This document shows, piece after piece, positions 33,629-42,384 of a DNA stretch of 64,000 bases (position 1 is its first letter; each line of letters starts with the position of its first letter). The DNA is taken from the NCBI GenBank assembly GCA_036340235.1, contig JAYYZE010000029.1, positions 2,041 through 66,040 of the forward strand, read 5' to 3'. Below the pieces are notes generated by a model. The model saw nothing but the letters and a program-made list of their open reading frames with translations. It made no database searches and was not told the DNA's origin. The position numbers were made by a program, and so were the translations under genes. The DNA is from Bacteroidota bacterium (GTDB taxonomy: Bacteria > Bacteroidota > Bacteroidia > Flavobacteriales > UBA7312).

Positions 33629-35014
33629 CTACTTGAGAAGTTCTTGATGTACTTTTTCTAAGATGTCAAAGCACTTAGCTTGGTTGGCAGCCTCGGCGTA
33701 AGTTCTTAAGACAGGCTCGGTCCCAGAAGGACGTATCATCACCCAGCTATCTTGATCAAAATAGAATTTATAGCCATCAAGGTCTTCGACTTTTACTACC
33801 GGCATTCCACCAAAAGAGGTGTAGCCACCATCTTGGCATCGTGCCATGATACTTTGTTTTTTGGATTCGTCGATGTGTAAATCGATGCGTTCGAAAGCAA
33901 AGCCTCCTACTATATCGTAAACCTCTTTAATAAGGTCATCCAAGCTCTTTCCTGTTTTGGCCATGTATTCCCAAATGACCAATCCCATCCATATGCCATC
34001 TCTTTCTGGAATGTGACCTTTGATAGCTATACCACCAGACTCTTCCCCTCCCAAGAGGCAATCTTCTTCCAACATAATGCCAGCGATATGTTTAAAGCCA
34101 ATTTTAACCGTTTGGTGTTCTAGTCCATAATGGGCGCACATCTTAGCCACTTTGACAGAGCACGAAAAGGCGGAAACCACCTTACCTTTCATGCCTTTGT
34201 ATTTTACTAAATAATGAATGAGCAGAAGAATAATGTGGTGCGAATCTATGAATTGTCCTTTGGCATTGTAGAGCCCAATCCTATCGGCATCGCCATCGGT
34301 GGCTAGTCCACAATCTATATCACCACTTTGCTTTATGTAGTTGGAAAATTCGTTAAGATTTCGGTGAATGGGTTCAGGAGCAGTGCCATTGAAGCCCGGA
34401 TTGTCAGTACAATGAAATAAGGTGGTATCAGGCAACAGTGACGGAATGGCTTTTCTGCCAGCGCCAAACATAGCATCAAAGCCCAATCGCAAATCGGAAG
34501 AGCGAATGGCCTCCAAATCAAAATGTTGGGCCGCTTTATCAAGATATAGCTGATGAAAATCGGCTTGTTGGACACCATCTAGTCCCAATGCATTTAAATC
34601 CAATCCATGTATTTCGGGGATAAGGTCTTCCACGGCTTGGATATCTTTAGGCAACAAAGGCCCCCCAAAATGGCCCTTTAGTTTGTATCCATTGTATTCA
34701 GGGGGGTTGTGACTGGCGGTAATCACTATCCCAATTTGAGCCTGGTGCTCTAAAACCGCCAACGACAGCATGGGCGTAGTCACAAACTGATTGGCCATAA
34801 CGACCTCAATACCCATGTGATGTAATACCTTGGCAGTTGTTTGAGCAAATAGGGCCCCACCAAAACGGCAATCGTGTCCCACGACTGCCTTGGGGTGTTG
34901 GTACTTGTCGTTAAGCCACTTGGCAACGGCCACACAAACTCTTGCTACATTATCTACTGTATATTCTTCAGCTATGATGGCTCTCCAACCATCGGTTCCA
35001 AATTTTATATTCAT
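33629..35014 (-). CDS. Phosphoglucomutase/phosphomannomutase family protein
   Basis: KFGTDGWR, ITASHNP, DGDADR, GGEESGG, RPSGTEP. Confidence 0.95.
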   Translation of the reverse strand: MNIKFGTDGWRAIIAEEYTVDNVARVCVAVAKWLNDKYQHPKAVVGHDCRFGGALFAQTTAKVLHHMGIEVVMANQFVTTPMLSLAVLEHQAQIGIVITASHNPPEYNGYKLKGHFGGPLLPKDIQAVEDLIPEIHGLDLNALGLDGVQQADFHQLYLDKAAQHFDLEAIRSSDLRLGFDAMFGAGRKAIPSLLPDTTLFHCTDNPGFNGTAPEPIHRNLNEFSNYIKQSGDIDCGLATDGDADRIGLYNAKGQFIDSHHIILLLIHYLVKYKGMKGKVVSAFSCSVKVAKMCAHYGLEHQTVKIGFKHIAGIMLEEDCLLGGEESGGIAIKGHIPERDGIWMGLVIWEYMAKTGKSLDDLIKEVYDIVGGFAFERIDLHIDESKKQSIMARCQDGGYTSFGGMPVVKVEDLDGYKFYFDQDSWVMIRPSGTEPVLRTYAEAANQAKCFDILEKVHQELLK

Positions 35015-35019
35015 CTGTT

Positions 35020-36075
35020 TTAGCGTTTTATATTTCGTTCATTTAATGCCTTTCTGTACTTAGCCGCATTGGCATAGTGTTCGGACGCCTTAACGGCAAA
35101 ACTATGAAATCCAGAAAAATCAGCTTTAGCACACATGTAAAGATAGTTGTGTGCTTCGGCATTCAACACCGATTCAATGGCTTGAATTGATGGCATACAT
35201 ATAGGGCCTATGGGTAAGCCCTTGTTTCGATAGGTATTGTAAGGTGAGTCAATTTTTAAATCTTTTTTGAGCACCCTGCGTATGGAAAAGTCACCCAAAG
35301 CATAGATAACTGTTGGGTCAGATTGAAGGCGCATATTCTTTTTAAGGCGATTTAAGTATAAGCCAGCTATGGTAGCTTGCTCTTCTTTCCTAAAGGATTC
35401 TTTTTCAACAACAGAAGCCAGAGTGGTCACGTCTGCCAATGTTAAGCCTAGAGCTTTGGCTTGGGCTCTTCGTTTATCGTTCCAAAAGTGATGGTGTTCG
35501 GCCACCATTCGTGACAAAAAGCGTTCCACAGGCGTGTTCCAATAAAATTCGTAAGTATTGGGAATAAACAATGATGATACGGTGTATGGACTTAACTTAC
35601 TTTCTTCCAAAAATGCCGTATCTAACATGGCCTGTAACAACTCTAAAGAATCTATTTCTAGTTGTTGGGCAATTTTGCCGGCAAATTCTTCTTTGGTTCT
35701 CAAGTTGTTGAACACCACACTGATGGGGGTTTGACGACCAGATCGTAATAGGTTTACCAAGTCGTTGTTACTCATGCCATCTTTCAGCAAATAACGGCCA
35801 GATTTAACCGAAAGATCGTTGTAGCGCTTGCGTTCAGATATCCAAATGAAAGAAGCAGGATTATCAATAATGCCTTGATCTGATAATAGTTGCAAGACCA
35901 TTTCAAAACTAGCACCGGTGGGAATATCAATAAAGGTTTCTTTGTCAGTGTAAAGAGATACGTTGGGGTAATATATTCTATTGTAAAGTACCGAAGCGGT
36001 GATGATACCACTAAGCATCAATACCCCTACTAAACTCCAAAAAAATTTAAACAAAAAACTTTTTTTTCTCGCCAT
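35020..36075 (-). CDS. mltG: Endolytic transglycosylase MltG
   Basis: N-terminal TM segment, PNTYEF, LASVVEKE, YLNRL, LQSDPTV, SPYNTY, GLPIGPI. Confidence 0.96.
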   Translation of the reverse strand: MARKKSFLFKFFWSLVGVLMLSGIITASVLYNRIYYPNVSLYTDKETFIDIPTGASFEMVLQLLSDQGIIDNPASFIWISERKRYNDLSVKSGRYLLKDGMSNNDLVNLLRSGRQTPISVVFNNLRTKEEFAGKIAQQLEIDSLELLQAMLDTAFLEESKLSPYTVSSLFIPNTYEFYWNTPVERFLSRMVAEHHHFWNDKRRAQAKALGLTLADVTTLASVVEKESFRKEEQATIAGLYLNRLKKNMRLQSDPTVIYALGDFSIRRVLKKDLKIDSPYNTYRNKGLPIGPICMPSIQAIESVLNAEAHNYLYMCAKADFSGFHSFAVKASEHYANAAKYRKALNERNIKR

Positions 36076-37931
36076 TAATTCAACGTCATTAGATCTTGAA
36101 CTTTTTTGTTTTCAGGTTGTATTTCTAAAACGCGGTTCAAATATACTCTTCCTTGTTTAATTTGACCCTTGAATAAGAGTAAACTTGCTTTGTTAAGAAG
36201 GGATTGAACATGGCGAGGGTTGAGTGCTAAGGCTTTATCGTAGCATTGTATGCCCTGTTCTGGTTCATTTTGCTGTACCATGGCATAACCGAGATTACAC
36301 CAGGCGTTTTCGTTTTTGGGAAATTCGTTTATCACCCAGCGGTAGTGCTTTTCTGCTTGTGCGAATTGCCTGTTTTTGGAATAATAATTGGCTAGTTTCA
36401 TTCTAAACGTAATAACATATGGTGCTAAATCGACCGCATTTTGATAGAATGACAAGGCCATGCTGGATGCTAACTGTTCGAAACTGTAGGCAATACGGTA
36501 AGAGGTCCAAGCATGTGTATTTGAATAGGATGATTGCTTTAATTTTTCCAATATCTGCGTGAGGGACTGACTAACATTGATGACTCCACGATAGTCTTCT
36601 TTGAGATAAAACAGGTGAATTTTCTCTTGGAAAGCCTCGGACAAATCCATGTTTTCTAAAAGAGCGTTGGCCGAATCGAGCAAAAAGGACTGAGCGTCAA
36701 ACTTTTCGTATTGATAAAGGTAAGCCCTGGCTCTGGTCAGCTTTGATGGGTTGTTGTTGTTGATGGCCTCTAAGCCAACAAACTCCCCTTTTTCAATAAG
36801 ACTGTCTGTTTTCAAATGAATGCCTATTTTATGATCGTGAATAGTGACATGTGGTATGTCAATGGTGCTGGAACTAGGCATATGGCAAGAGACACAGTCG
36901 TTATTTTCACGCTTTTCTTCTTTACACACATCGTGGCACGACAAACATTTGTCATTAAAATAATTGGGACTTTCTTTTTGCACAGAGTGATGGGGGTTGT
37001 GACAGCTTGTACAATTCATTTCGGAATTATTAAAACAAGCGCTTTGTTTTAATCGATCGACGTGTGAAGCCATTATAAAAGCATTGTCATCTTCGTAACG
37101 AGGTACAAAAATCGACATAATTTCAGATAGTTCCATACCTGGTTTAAAATCAAAAAAGCTTTTTCCCTCTTCCAAGACAGTGTTTCCCTGCAAATGACAG
37201 CGCATGCATATCTGAAACTGGGCTTCCAGCGACAATTTTTTGGGGTTAACTATGGAATAATCAATGTGTATAGAGGTGTCAACGGTTTGTCCAGCAAGCA
37301 TACGCTGAACGTGAACTTCACCTGGTCCATGACATCGCTCGCAGTCAATGCCATGTGGCACCTCATTATACTTGTTGGAAGAGCCCATTACAAAATCGGG
37401 CATTGCGTTGTGACAAGACATACATTCAAGTCCTATTTCTCTAGAAAAACGACTATTATAGCCGTTTTCATATCCGGGAGGAAAATCTAAATGACCCTTT
37501 TGGGTGTAATATGTAAAAGGCATTTGATGAACGTAGCCGTTTTCGTTCCACAAATGAGAATTGGTGTGATGACCAGAGCCGACAATGTAATCGACCACCT
37601 CTGTGCGTTGATTGTTACCGTAAATCTCTTTTATCTTTAGCACACTATCATGCCAAAATGGAACATAAGAAAAATTACTAAAGGTGTCTAATAAAATAGA
37701 ACCTTCGTTAATATGAGCTTCACTGTTGTGAGGAGTTGCCAAAGACATAGACTGTCCCATGCCCGTTTGTATGTAGCTTTGGTAAATATCGTAGTGACAA
37801 ACCATGCAACTTTCTATGCCAACGTATGCCACTGTATCGTGATGATTGAGGTATTCCACATAGGGTTCTACTCGCTCTGAACATGCAAACAAAATACTAA
37901 CAACCATTGCTAATATCAGTCTAAGCGTCAT
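36075..37931 (-). CDS. Multiheme c-type cytochrome lipoprotein (7 CxxCH) with C-terminal TPR domain
   Basis: Lipobox LFAC; CMVCH, CMSCH, CERCH, CMRCH, CTSCH, CLSCH, CVSCH; TPRs such as AWCNLGY...YDKALALNP. Confidence 0.88.
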   Translation of the reverse strand: MTLRLILAMVVSILFACSERVEPYVEYLNHHDTVAYVGIESCMVCHYDIYQSYIQTGMGQSMSLATPHNSEAHINEGSILLDTFSNFSYVPFWHDSVLKIKEIYGNNQRTEVVDYIVGSGHHTNSHLWNENGYVHQMPFTYYTQKGHLDFPPGYENGYNSRFSREIGLECMSCHNAMPDFVMGSSNKYNEVPHGIDCERCHGPGEVHVQRMLAGQTVDTSIHIDYSIVNPKKLSLEAQFQICMRCHLQGNTVLEEGKSFFDFKPGMELSEIMSIFVPRYEDDNAFIMASHVDRLKQSACFNNSEMNCTSCHNPHHSVQKESPNYFNDKCLSCHDVCKEEKRENNDCVSCHMPSSSTIDIPHVTIHDHKIGIHLKTDSLIEKGEFVGLEAINNNNPSKLTRARAYLYQYEKFDAQSFLLDSANALLENMDLSEAFQEKIHLFYLKEDYRGVINVSQSLTQILEKLKQSSYSNTHAWTSYRIAYSFEQLASSMALSFYQNAVDLAPYVITFRMKLANYYSKNRQFAQAEKHYRWVINEFPKNENAWCNLGYAMVQQNEPEQGIQCYDKALALNPRHVQSLLNKASLLLFKGQIKQGRVYLNRVLEIQPENKKVQDLMTLN

Positions 37932-37957
37932 TTTGTAAGTCGTTTATAGAAACTCAT

Positions 37958-38737
37958 TTAATCAAATATATTGATTTCCCCATCAAATACACGTTCGTAA
38001 GGACCACTTAAAAACACATCTGAATAAATGTCTTTTTTGTTGAAAGTAACTCTTAGCTCACCGCCAAGAGTGTGGACAATTATATCATCGGATGCCAGTC
38101 GACCACTAGCATTTGCGACTATAGCGCTAGCAACTGCTCCAGTTCCACAAGATAAGGTTTCATCTTCCACCCCTCGTTCGTATGTTCTTAATTTCAATCC
38201 ATCCCCTTTTAAAGAAATAAAATTGACGTTGGTACCCTCTCGCTCAAAACGTTCATTATAACGAATTTCTCGTCCACACTGTCTTACATCCATTGTGTCA
38301 AGATCGTTGACCCATTTTACGTAATGTGGCGAACCAGTGTCAAGGAAAAAAAATCCTCCCGCCTTCTCTAAGTGACTGACATTGGCCATTTCTAAAACCA
38401 CCTCATTATTTGACCATTGGGCACGATGCAGGCCATCAGAGGTTTTAAATACACATTGGTTTTCGAAGATTCCCAACTGTTTGGCAAAATCAACTATACA
38501 ACGTGCTCCATTACCACACATGGATCCTAACTTACCATCAGCATTATAGTAACGCATTTCAAAATCGTAATCGTGCGAGGGGTTCAATAAAATTACTCCA
38601 TCGGCACCTATTCCTGTCCGCCGATTACATAAATCGCTTATTACTTGAAAAGAAAGGGCATTTAATTTCAATGTTCTATTGTCGAAAATTATGAAATCAT
38701 TGCCAGCACCTTGGTATTTTGAAAAAGACCATTTCAT
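37958..38737 (-). CDS. dapF: Diaminopimelate epimerase
   Basis: KYQGAGNDF, GIGADG, MCGNGARC, GSPH, GTNVNF, TYERGVEDETLSCGTG. Confidence 0.97.
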   Translation of the reverse strand: MKWSFSKYQGAGNDFIIFDNRTLKLNALSFQVISDLCNRRTGIGADGVILLNPSHDYDFEMRYYNADGKLGSMCGNGARCIVDFAKQLGIFENQCVFKTSDGLHRAQWSNNEVVLEMANVSHLEKAGGFFFLDTGSPHYVKWVNDLDTMDVRQCGREIRYNERFEREGTNVNFISLKGDGLKLRTYERGVEDETLSCGTGAVASAIVANASGRLASDDIIVHTLGGELRVTFNKKDIYSDVFLSGPYERVFDGEINIFD

Positions 38738-38741
38738 AGTT

Positions 38742-38749
38742 CAAATTTA
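38742..38749 (-). promoter_or_regulatory. -7 box immediately upstream of dapF (likely leaderless mRNA)
   Basis: TAAATTTG on the minus strand, ending 4 nt before ATG 38737. Confidence 0.6.
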
Positions 38750-38821
38750 ATGAAAGAATCAGAACTTTTTAATCAAAATAAATTAATGCTACATATTGTT
38801 AGCCTGTTATCCTCAAAAATG

Positions 38822-38845
38822 TAAATTTGCCCAAACTTAATTTTG
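38822..38845. promoter_or_regulatory. Cluster of -7 boxes upstream of gap (both strands)
   Basis: TAAATTTG (+, 38822-38829), TAAGTTTG (-, 38832-38839), TAATTTTG (+, 38838-38845). Confidence 0.55.
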
Positions 38846-38861
38846 AACTTTTACGTTTGTT

Positions 38862-40307
38862 ATGACCTTAGAAAACTACAACTCCGAACTAAAAAACTGG
38901 ATTCAAAAAGAAAGAGCGTCGGCTGAACTATCGAACATAGTAAATGCCCTGGTTTTGGATCATTCCACCGAATTAGTGATGTTTAGAAATCGAATGACTG
39001 ACTTGAGTGTCAGTGAAATTTTAAACCTTCACGACTACGCAAAAAAGTTTGTTCAACAAAATATTACAACTAAGGAAACACTGCCCATTGCAAGAGAAAT
39101 TTTAGCCCTTAACATCAAAAATGCCAAAATAGATCTTGGGAAATTGGCCTTTGAATGGGTGACTCAAAACACCTCTGATAATAGTATGCGTGACTTTGTT
39201 ACCGACAAACTATCTTCATTTTTAAATGGCGATGCCAACAACCTTAAGCCCAAAGATGTGGTGTTATACGGCTTTGGACGTATTGGACGACTAGTGGCAA
39301 GGGAATTAATTATTCAGGATGGTGCTGGTGATCAGTTACGATTGAGAGCTATTGTTACAAGAAATAATTCAAACGAAAACCTTAGCAAGCGAGCTGCTTT
39401 ATTGCGTACAGACTCCGTTCATGGAGAATTTAAGGCCAACATTTCGGTCGATTATGAGCAAAAAGCACTGATTATAAATGGTCGGGTTGTTAAAATGATA
39501 GCCGCTAATCGTCCAGATGAAATTAATTATAGTGAATACGATATTAATAATGCCCTTGTCATTGATAATACAGGCGTTTTTAGAGACCAAGAAAGTCTTA
39601 GCTTGCATCTCAAATCCAATGGTGTTTCAAAGGTTCTTCTCACCGCCCCTGCCAAGGGTGTGCCAAACATCGTTTTTGGCGTAAATCACCTCATAGATAT
39701 TGCCAAAAATGATCTTTTTTCTGCAGCATCTTGCACGACCAATGCCATTACGCCTATATTGGATGTTGTTGAAGAGAAATGGGGCGTAGAAAAAGGACAT
39801 ATTGAAACCATTCATGCTTATACCAACGACCAAAACTTGGTTGACAACATGCACAGCAAATACCGTAGAGGTCGAGCTGCTGCACTAAATATGGTCATTA
39901 CTGAAACCGGGGCTGGAAAAGCAGTCACCAAAGCCATCCCATCAATGGAAGGTAAGTTGACTTCAAGCGCTATTCGTGTGCCAACACCCAATGGCTCATT
40001 GGCAATATTAAACATCACCATAAAACAAAAAGTCACTTTAGAGGAGATTGACACACTAATGCGAAAAGCAGCTACAGACTCAAAACTTGTTGAACAAATA
40101 CGCTTTTCGGTAAACAACGAGCTGGTATCATCAGATATCGTAGGAGACAGTTGCCCAGCCATTTATGATAGTCCAGCTACTCAAATTTCCAAAGATGGAA
40201 AATCCTTTGTTCTTTACATTTGGTATGATAACGAATATGGCTACACTCGCCAAGTACTGCGTTTGGCAAAACATATTTCTGAAGTAAGAAGAAACTGCTA
40301 TTACTAA
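38862..40307 (+). CDS. gap: Glyceraldehyde-3-phosphate dehydrogenase, long form with N-terminal extension
   Basis: YGFGRIGR at about residue 135, DSVHG, catalytic ASCTTN, HAYTNDQ, RVPTPNGS, WYDNEYGY. Confidence 0.94.
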   Translation: MTLENYNSELKNWIQKERASAELSNIVNALVLDHSTELVMFRNRMTDLSVSEILNLHDYAKKFVQQNITTKETLPIAREILALNIKNAKIDLGKLAFEWVTQNTSDNSMRDFVTDKLSSFLNGDANNLKPKDVVLYGFGRIGRLVARELIIQDGAGDQLRLRAIVTRNNSNENLSKRAALLRTDSVHGEFKANISVDYEQKALIINGRVVKMIAANRPDEINYSEYDINNALVIDNTGVFRDQESLSLHLKSNGVSKVLLTAPAKGVPNIVFGVNHLIDIAKNDLFSAASCTTNAITPILDVVEEKWGVEKGHIETIHAYTNDQNLVDNMHSKYRRGRAAALNMVITETGAGKAVTKAIPSMEGKLTSSAIRVPTPNGSLAILNITIKQKVTLEEIDTLMRKAATDSKLVEQIRFSVNNELVSSDIVGDSCPAIYDSPATQISKDGKSFVLYIWYDNEYGYTRQVLRLAKHISEVRRNCYY

Positions 40308-40885
40308 TGGCCTTAGACGAAACTAAATTAAGCGTAAATAACTTTATTATTTACAAATGGTTGAATTCATTTTTTTTAGGAGTTTCTATCGGTTGTGTTT
40401 TTACCATTTACGAACCCTTAGAGCCCAGCGTGTACTCTTTAGGTGGTATGGCACTTGCATTGGGTGTACTAGTCGTTGCCAAATTCTACAATAAAATTTT
40501 AAACGCTACTTACTTTTTTAGAATTTCACTATTAGTCGAAATAATAGTGCTGATAATGTTGATACTTTTTCTAATTTTTTCCTACAGTTATCAAATAGCA
40601 CTGATGACATACATTGGGTATCAGCTGACGTTTATGTTTGGCTCGTACTTAGTCCGTGCCGAAACCTTGGTGTTTAAAGAAGAAGCTAACCTTACAAAAA
40701 TAGATATCGCCAAACAATTTGGCTACCTTGTTGGAATGGCCCTATCTTACGGTTTTTACAAAATGACAGAACATTTACTATCAATGTCAGATAAGCAAGA
40801 ACAAGTTTATTTAATCCATTACTTACTAATCCTCATTGAATTGAGCGTCATCGTTTTCTTAATTCGTGCCTTTATTAAAAAATAA
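40307..40885 (+). CDS. Hypothetical integral membrane protein (about 6 TM)
   Basis: 192 aa hydrophobic ORF coupled to the gap stop (TAATG); YQLTFMFGSYLVRAET, KQFGYLVG. Confidence 0.75.
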   Translation: MALDETKLSVNNFIIYKWLNSFFLGVSIGCVFTIYEPLEPSVYSLGGMALALGVLVVAKFYNKILNATYFFRISLLVEIIVLIMLILFLIFSYSYQIALMTYIGYQLTFMFGSYLVRAETLVFKEEANLTKIDIAKQFGYLVGMALSYGFYKMTEHLLSMSDKQEQVYLIHYLLILIELSVIVFLIRAFIKK

Positions 40886-40893
40886 ACGCCCTA

Positions 40894-42225
40894 TTACGAC
40901 TGGTTAATGATTTTTTCATGAAAATCAATGCCATAGGCTTTAAGTTTTTCAAGTATAGGTGTATAAATTTCGGAATGAACCGGAATTTGAACTCCTTTCA
41001 AGGATATTTTCTTATTAAGTATTAATTCAGTGGCAATAGCAACGGGCAAACCAACCGTCATACTCATGGCCGTATTAATAGTATCCTTTCCTTCTACTAC
41101 CAGTGAGGAAGTCAATCTGTACAGTTTTCCATCTAAAATGTATTCGAAAATATGTTGCATCACAATCACATCTTTATCCCCTTTCTCAAGCGACCATTTT
41201 GATTGTAGTAAATGCTGAAGAATATGTGCTGGACTTCCTTTTGAAAGTCCTATTTTATCATCTGAAAAAATACCCAACCAAACTAACTTTTCTAAAATTT
41301 TATCGTCAAGTGACAAGTAGGTTTGGAGTTTTTCTTCTACTGTTTTTATGTTGTCATAAATTAAAAAAGAATTAGTAAAATCTCGCCAAGTCATTTCATC
41401 GAGATTGTGCATTTCAAATGAATCATCCGTCATGCCCAGTTGAACAAATACATCCCAGGCCTTGCAAAAGCCTGGACGTCGGAGTGTACCACGCAATATA
41501 GTTGGTGTATCGTCTAGTCCATATAGGTATTTGTAACTTAATGAATCTCTGTTAGCGTAGCTTTCAAAATGACCTTCTCCATCTACATAAACATCTTCTA
41601 GTCTTGAAAAAAGCTTGTTGTAAGGAATGTATTTAAGCATACCATTTCGTTTGAATTGAGCCGTTTGTTGGCCTGCTAACACTACATTTCTAGGGTTCCA
41701 TGTAAATTTATAGTTCCAAGGGTTGGTATCGTATTTTTTGGAAACTAAGCCCCCACAAAATGATTTAAACAAATTCAACTTACCACCTTTGGACTGAATT
41801 TCGTCAATCACTTTTTTTGCTGACATATGGTCAATTCCAGGGTCAAGACCGGTTTCATTTAACAAGATAACCCCTTTTTCAATGGCCCTTTCATTTAATG
41901 CGGCAATGTCATCAGAAACATAGGATGCTGTTACCATATCCACTGCTTGAATAACGCAATCTTCAGCTAGTATTATATGCATACTTGCTGGTAACATAGA
42001 AATAACAATATCAGCTTGTCTAATGGCATCGTTACGCTGTTCTTGATCAAAGACATCAAAAGAAATAGCTTGGCCGTTTTGGTGTCCATTGATACGCTGT
42101 TGAGCAAGGGAAATGTCATAATCACCAACTATCACTTTCCAATCATATATAGTTGATTGCTTCAATAAATACTCAATTAGTGACGCCGAAGAAAGACCAG
42201 CTCCAGCAATAAAAATTTGTTTCAT
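40894..42225 (-). CDS. Saccharopine dehydrogenase family protein
   Basis: GAGLSS Rossmann motif, VTASYVS, ETGLDPGIDHMSA, SFCGGL, YKFTWNP, YANRDS, RGTLR, AMSMTVG. Confidence 0.93.
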   Translation of the reverse strand: MKQIFIAGAGLSSASLIEYLLKQSTIYDWKVIVGDYDISLAQQRINGHQNGQAISFDVFDQEQRNDAIRQADIVISMLPASMHIILAEDCVIQAVDMVTASYVSDDIAALNERAIEKGVILLNETGLDPGIDHMSAKKVIDEIQSKGGKLNLFKSFCGGLVSKKYDTNPWNYKFTWNPRNVVLAGQQTAQFKRNGMLKYIPYNKLFSRLEDVYVDGEGHFESYANRDSLSYKYLYGLDDTPTILRGTLRRPGFCKAWDVFVQLGMTDDSFEMHNLDEMTWRDFTNSFLIYDNIKTVEEKLQTYLSLDDKILEKLVWLGIFSDDKIGLSKGSPAHILQHLLQSKWSLEKGDKDVIVMQHIFEYILDGKLYRLTSSLVVEGKDTINTAMSMTVGLPVAIATELILNKKISLKGVQIPVHSEIYTPILEKLKAYGIDFHEKIINQS

Positions 42226-42351
42226 ATAAATGATATGTATTTTTGGCGAATATATATAATTTGACTTGAACTAATTGACTAGATTTAGTCTCTTGAAGTT
42301 TAGTGGCAGCAAAAAAAAATGAAAAAATAACTACACAGTAAAATTATCTTA

Positions 42352-42359
42352 TACCTTTG
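42352..42359 (+). promoter_or_regulatory. -7 box for pckA
   Basis: TACCTTTG, 25 nt upstream of the ATG. Confidence 0.7.
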
Positions 42360-42384
42360 CTTAATAATCATTACTAACTATTAT

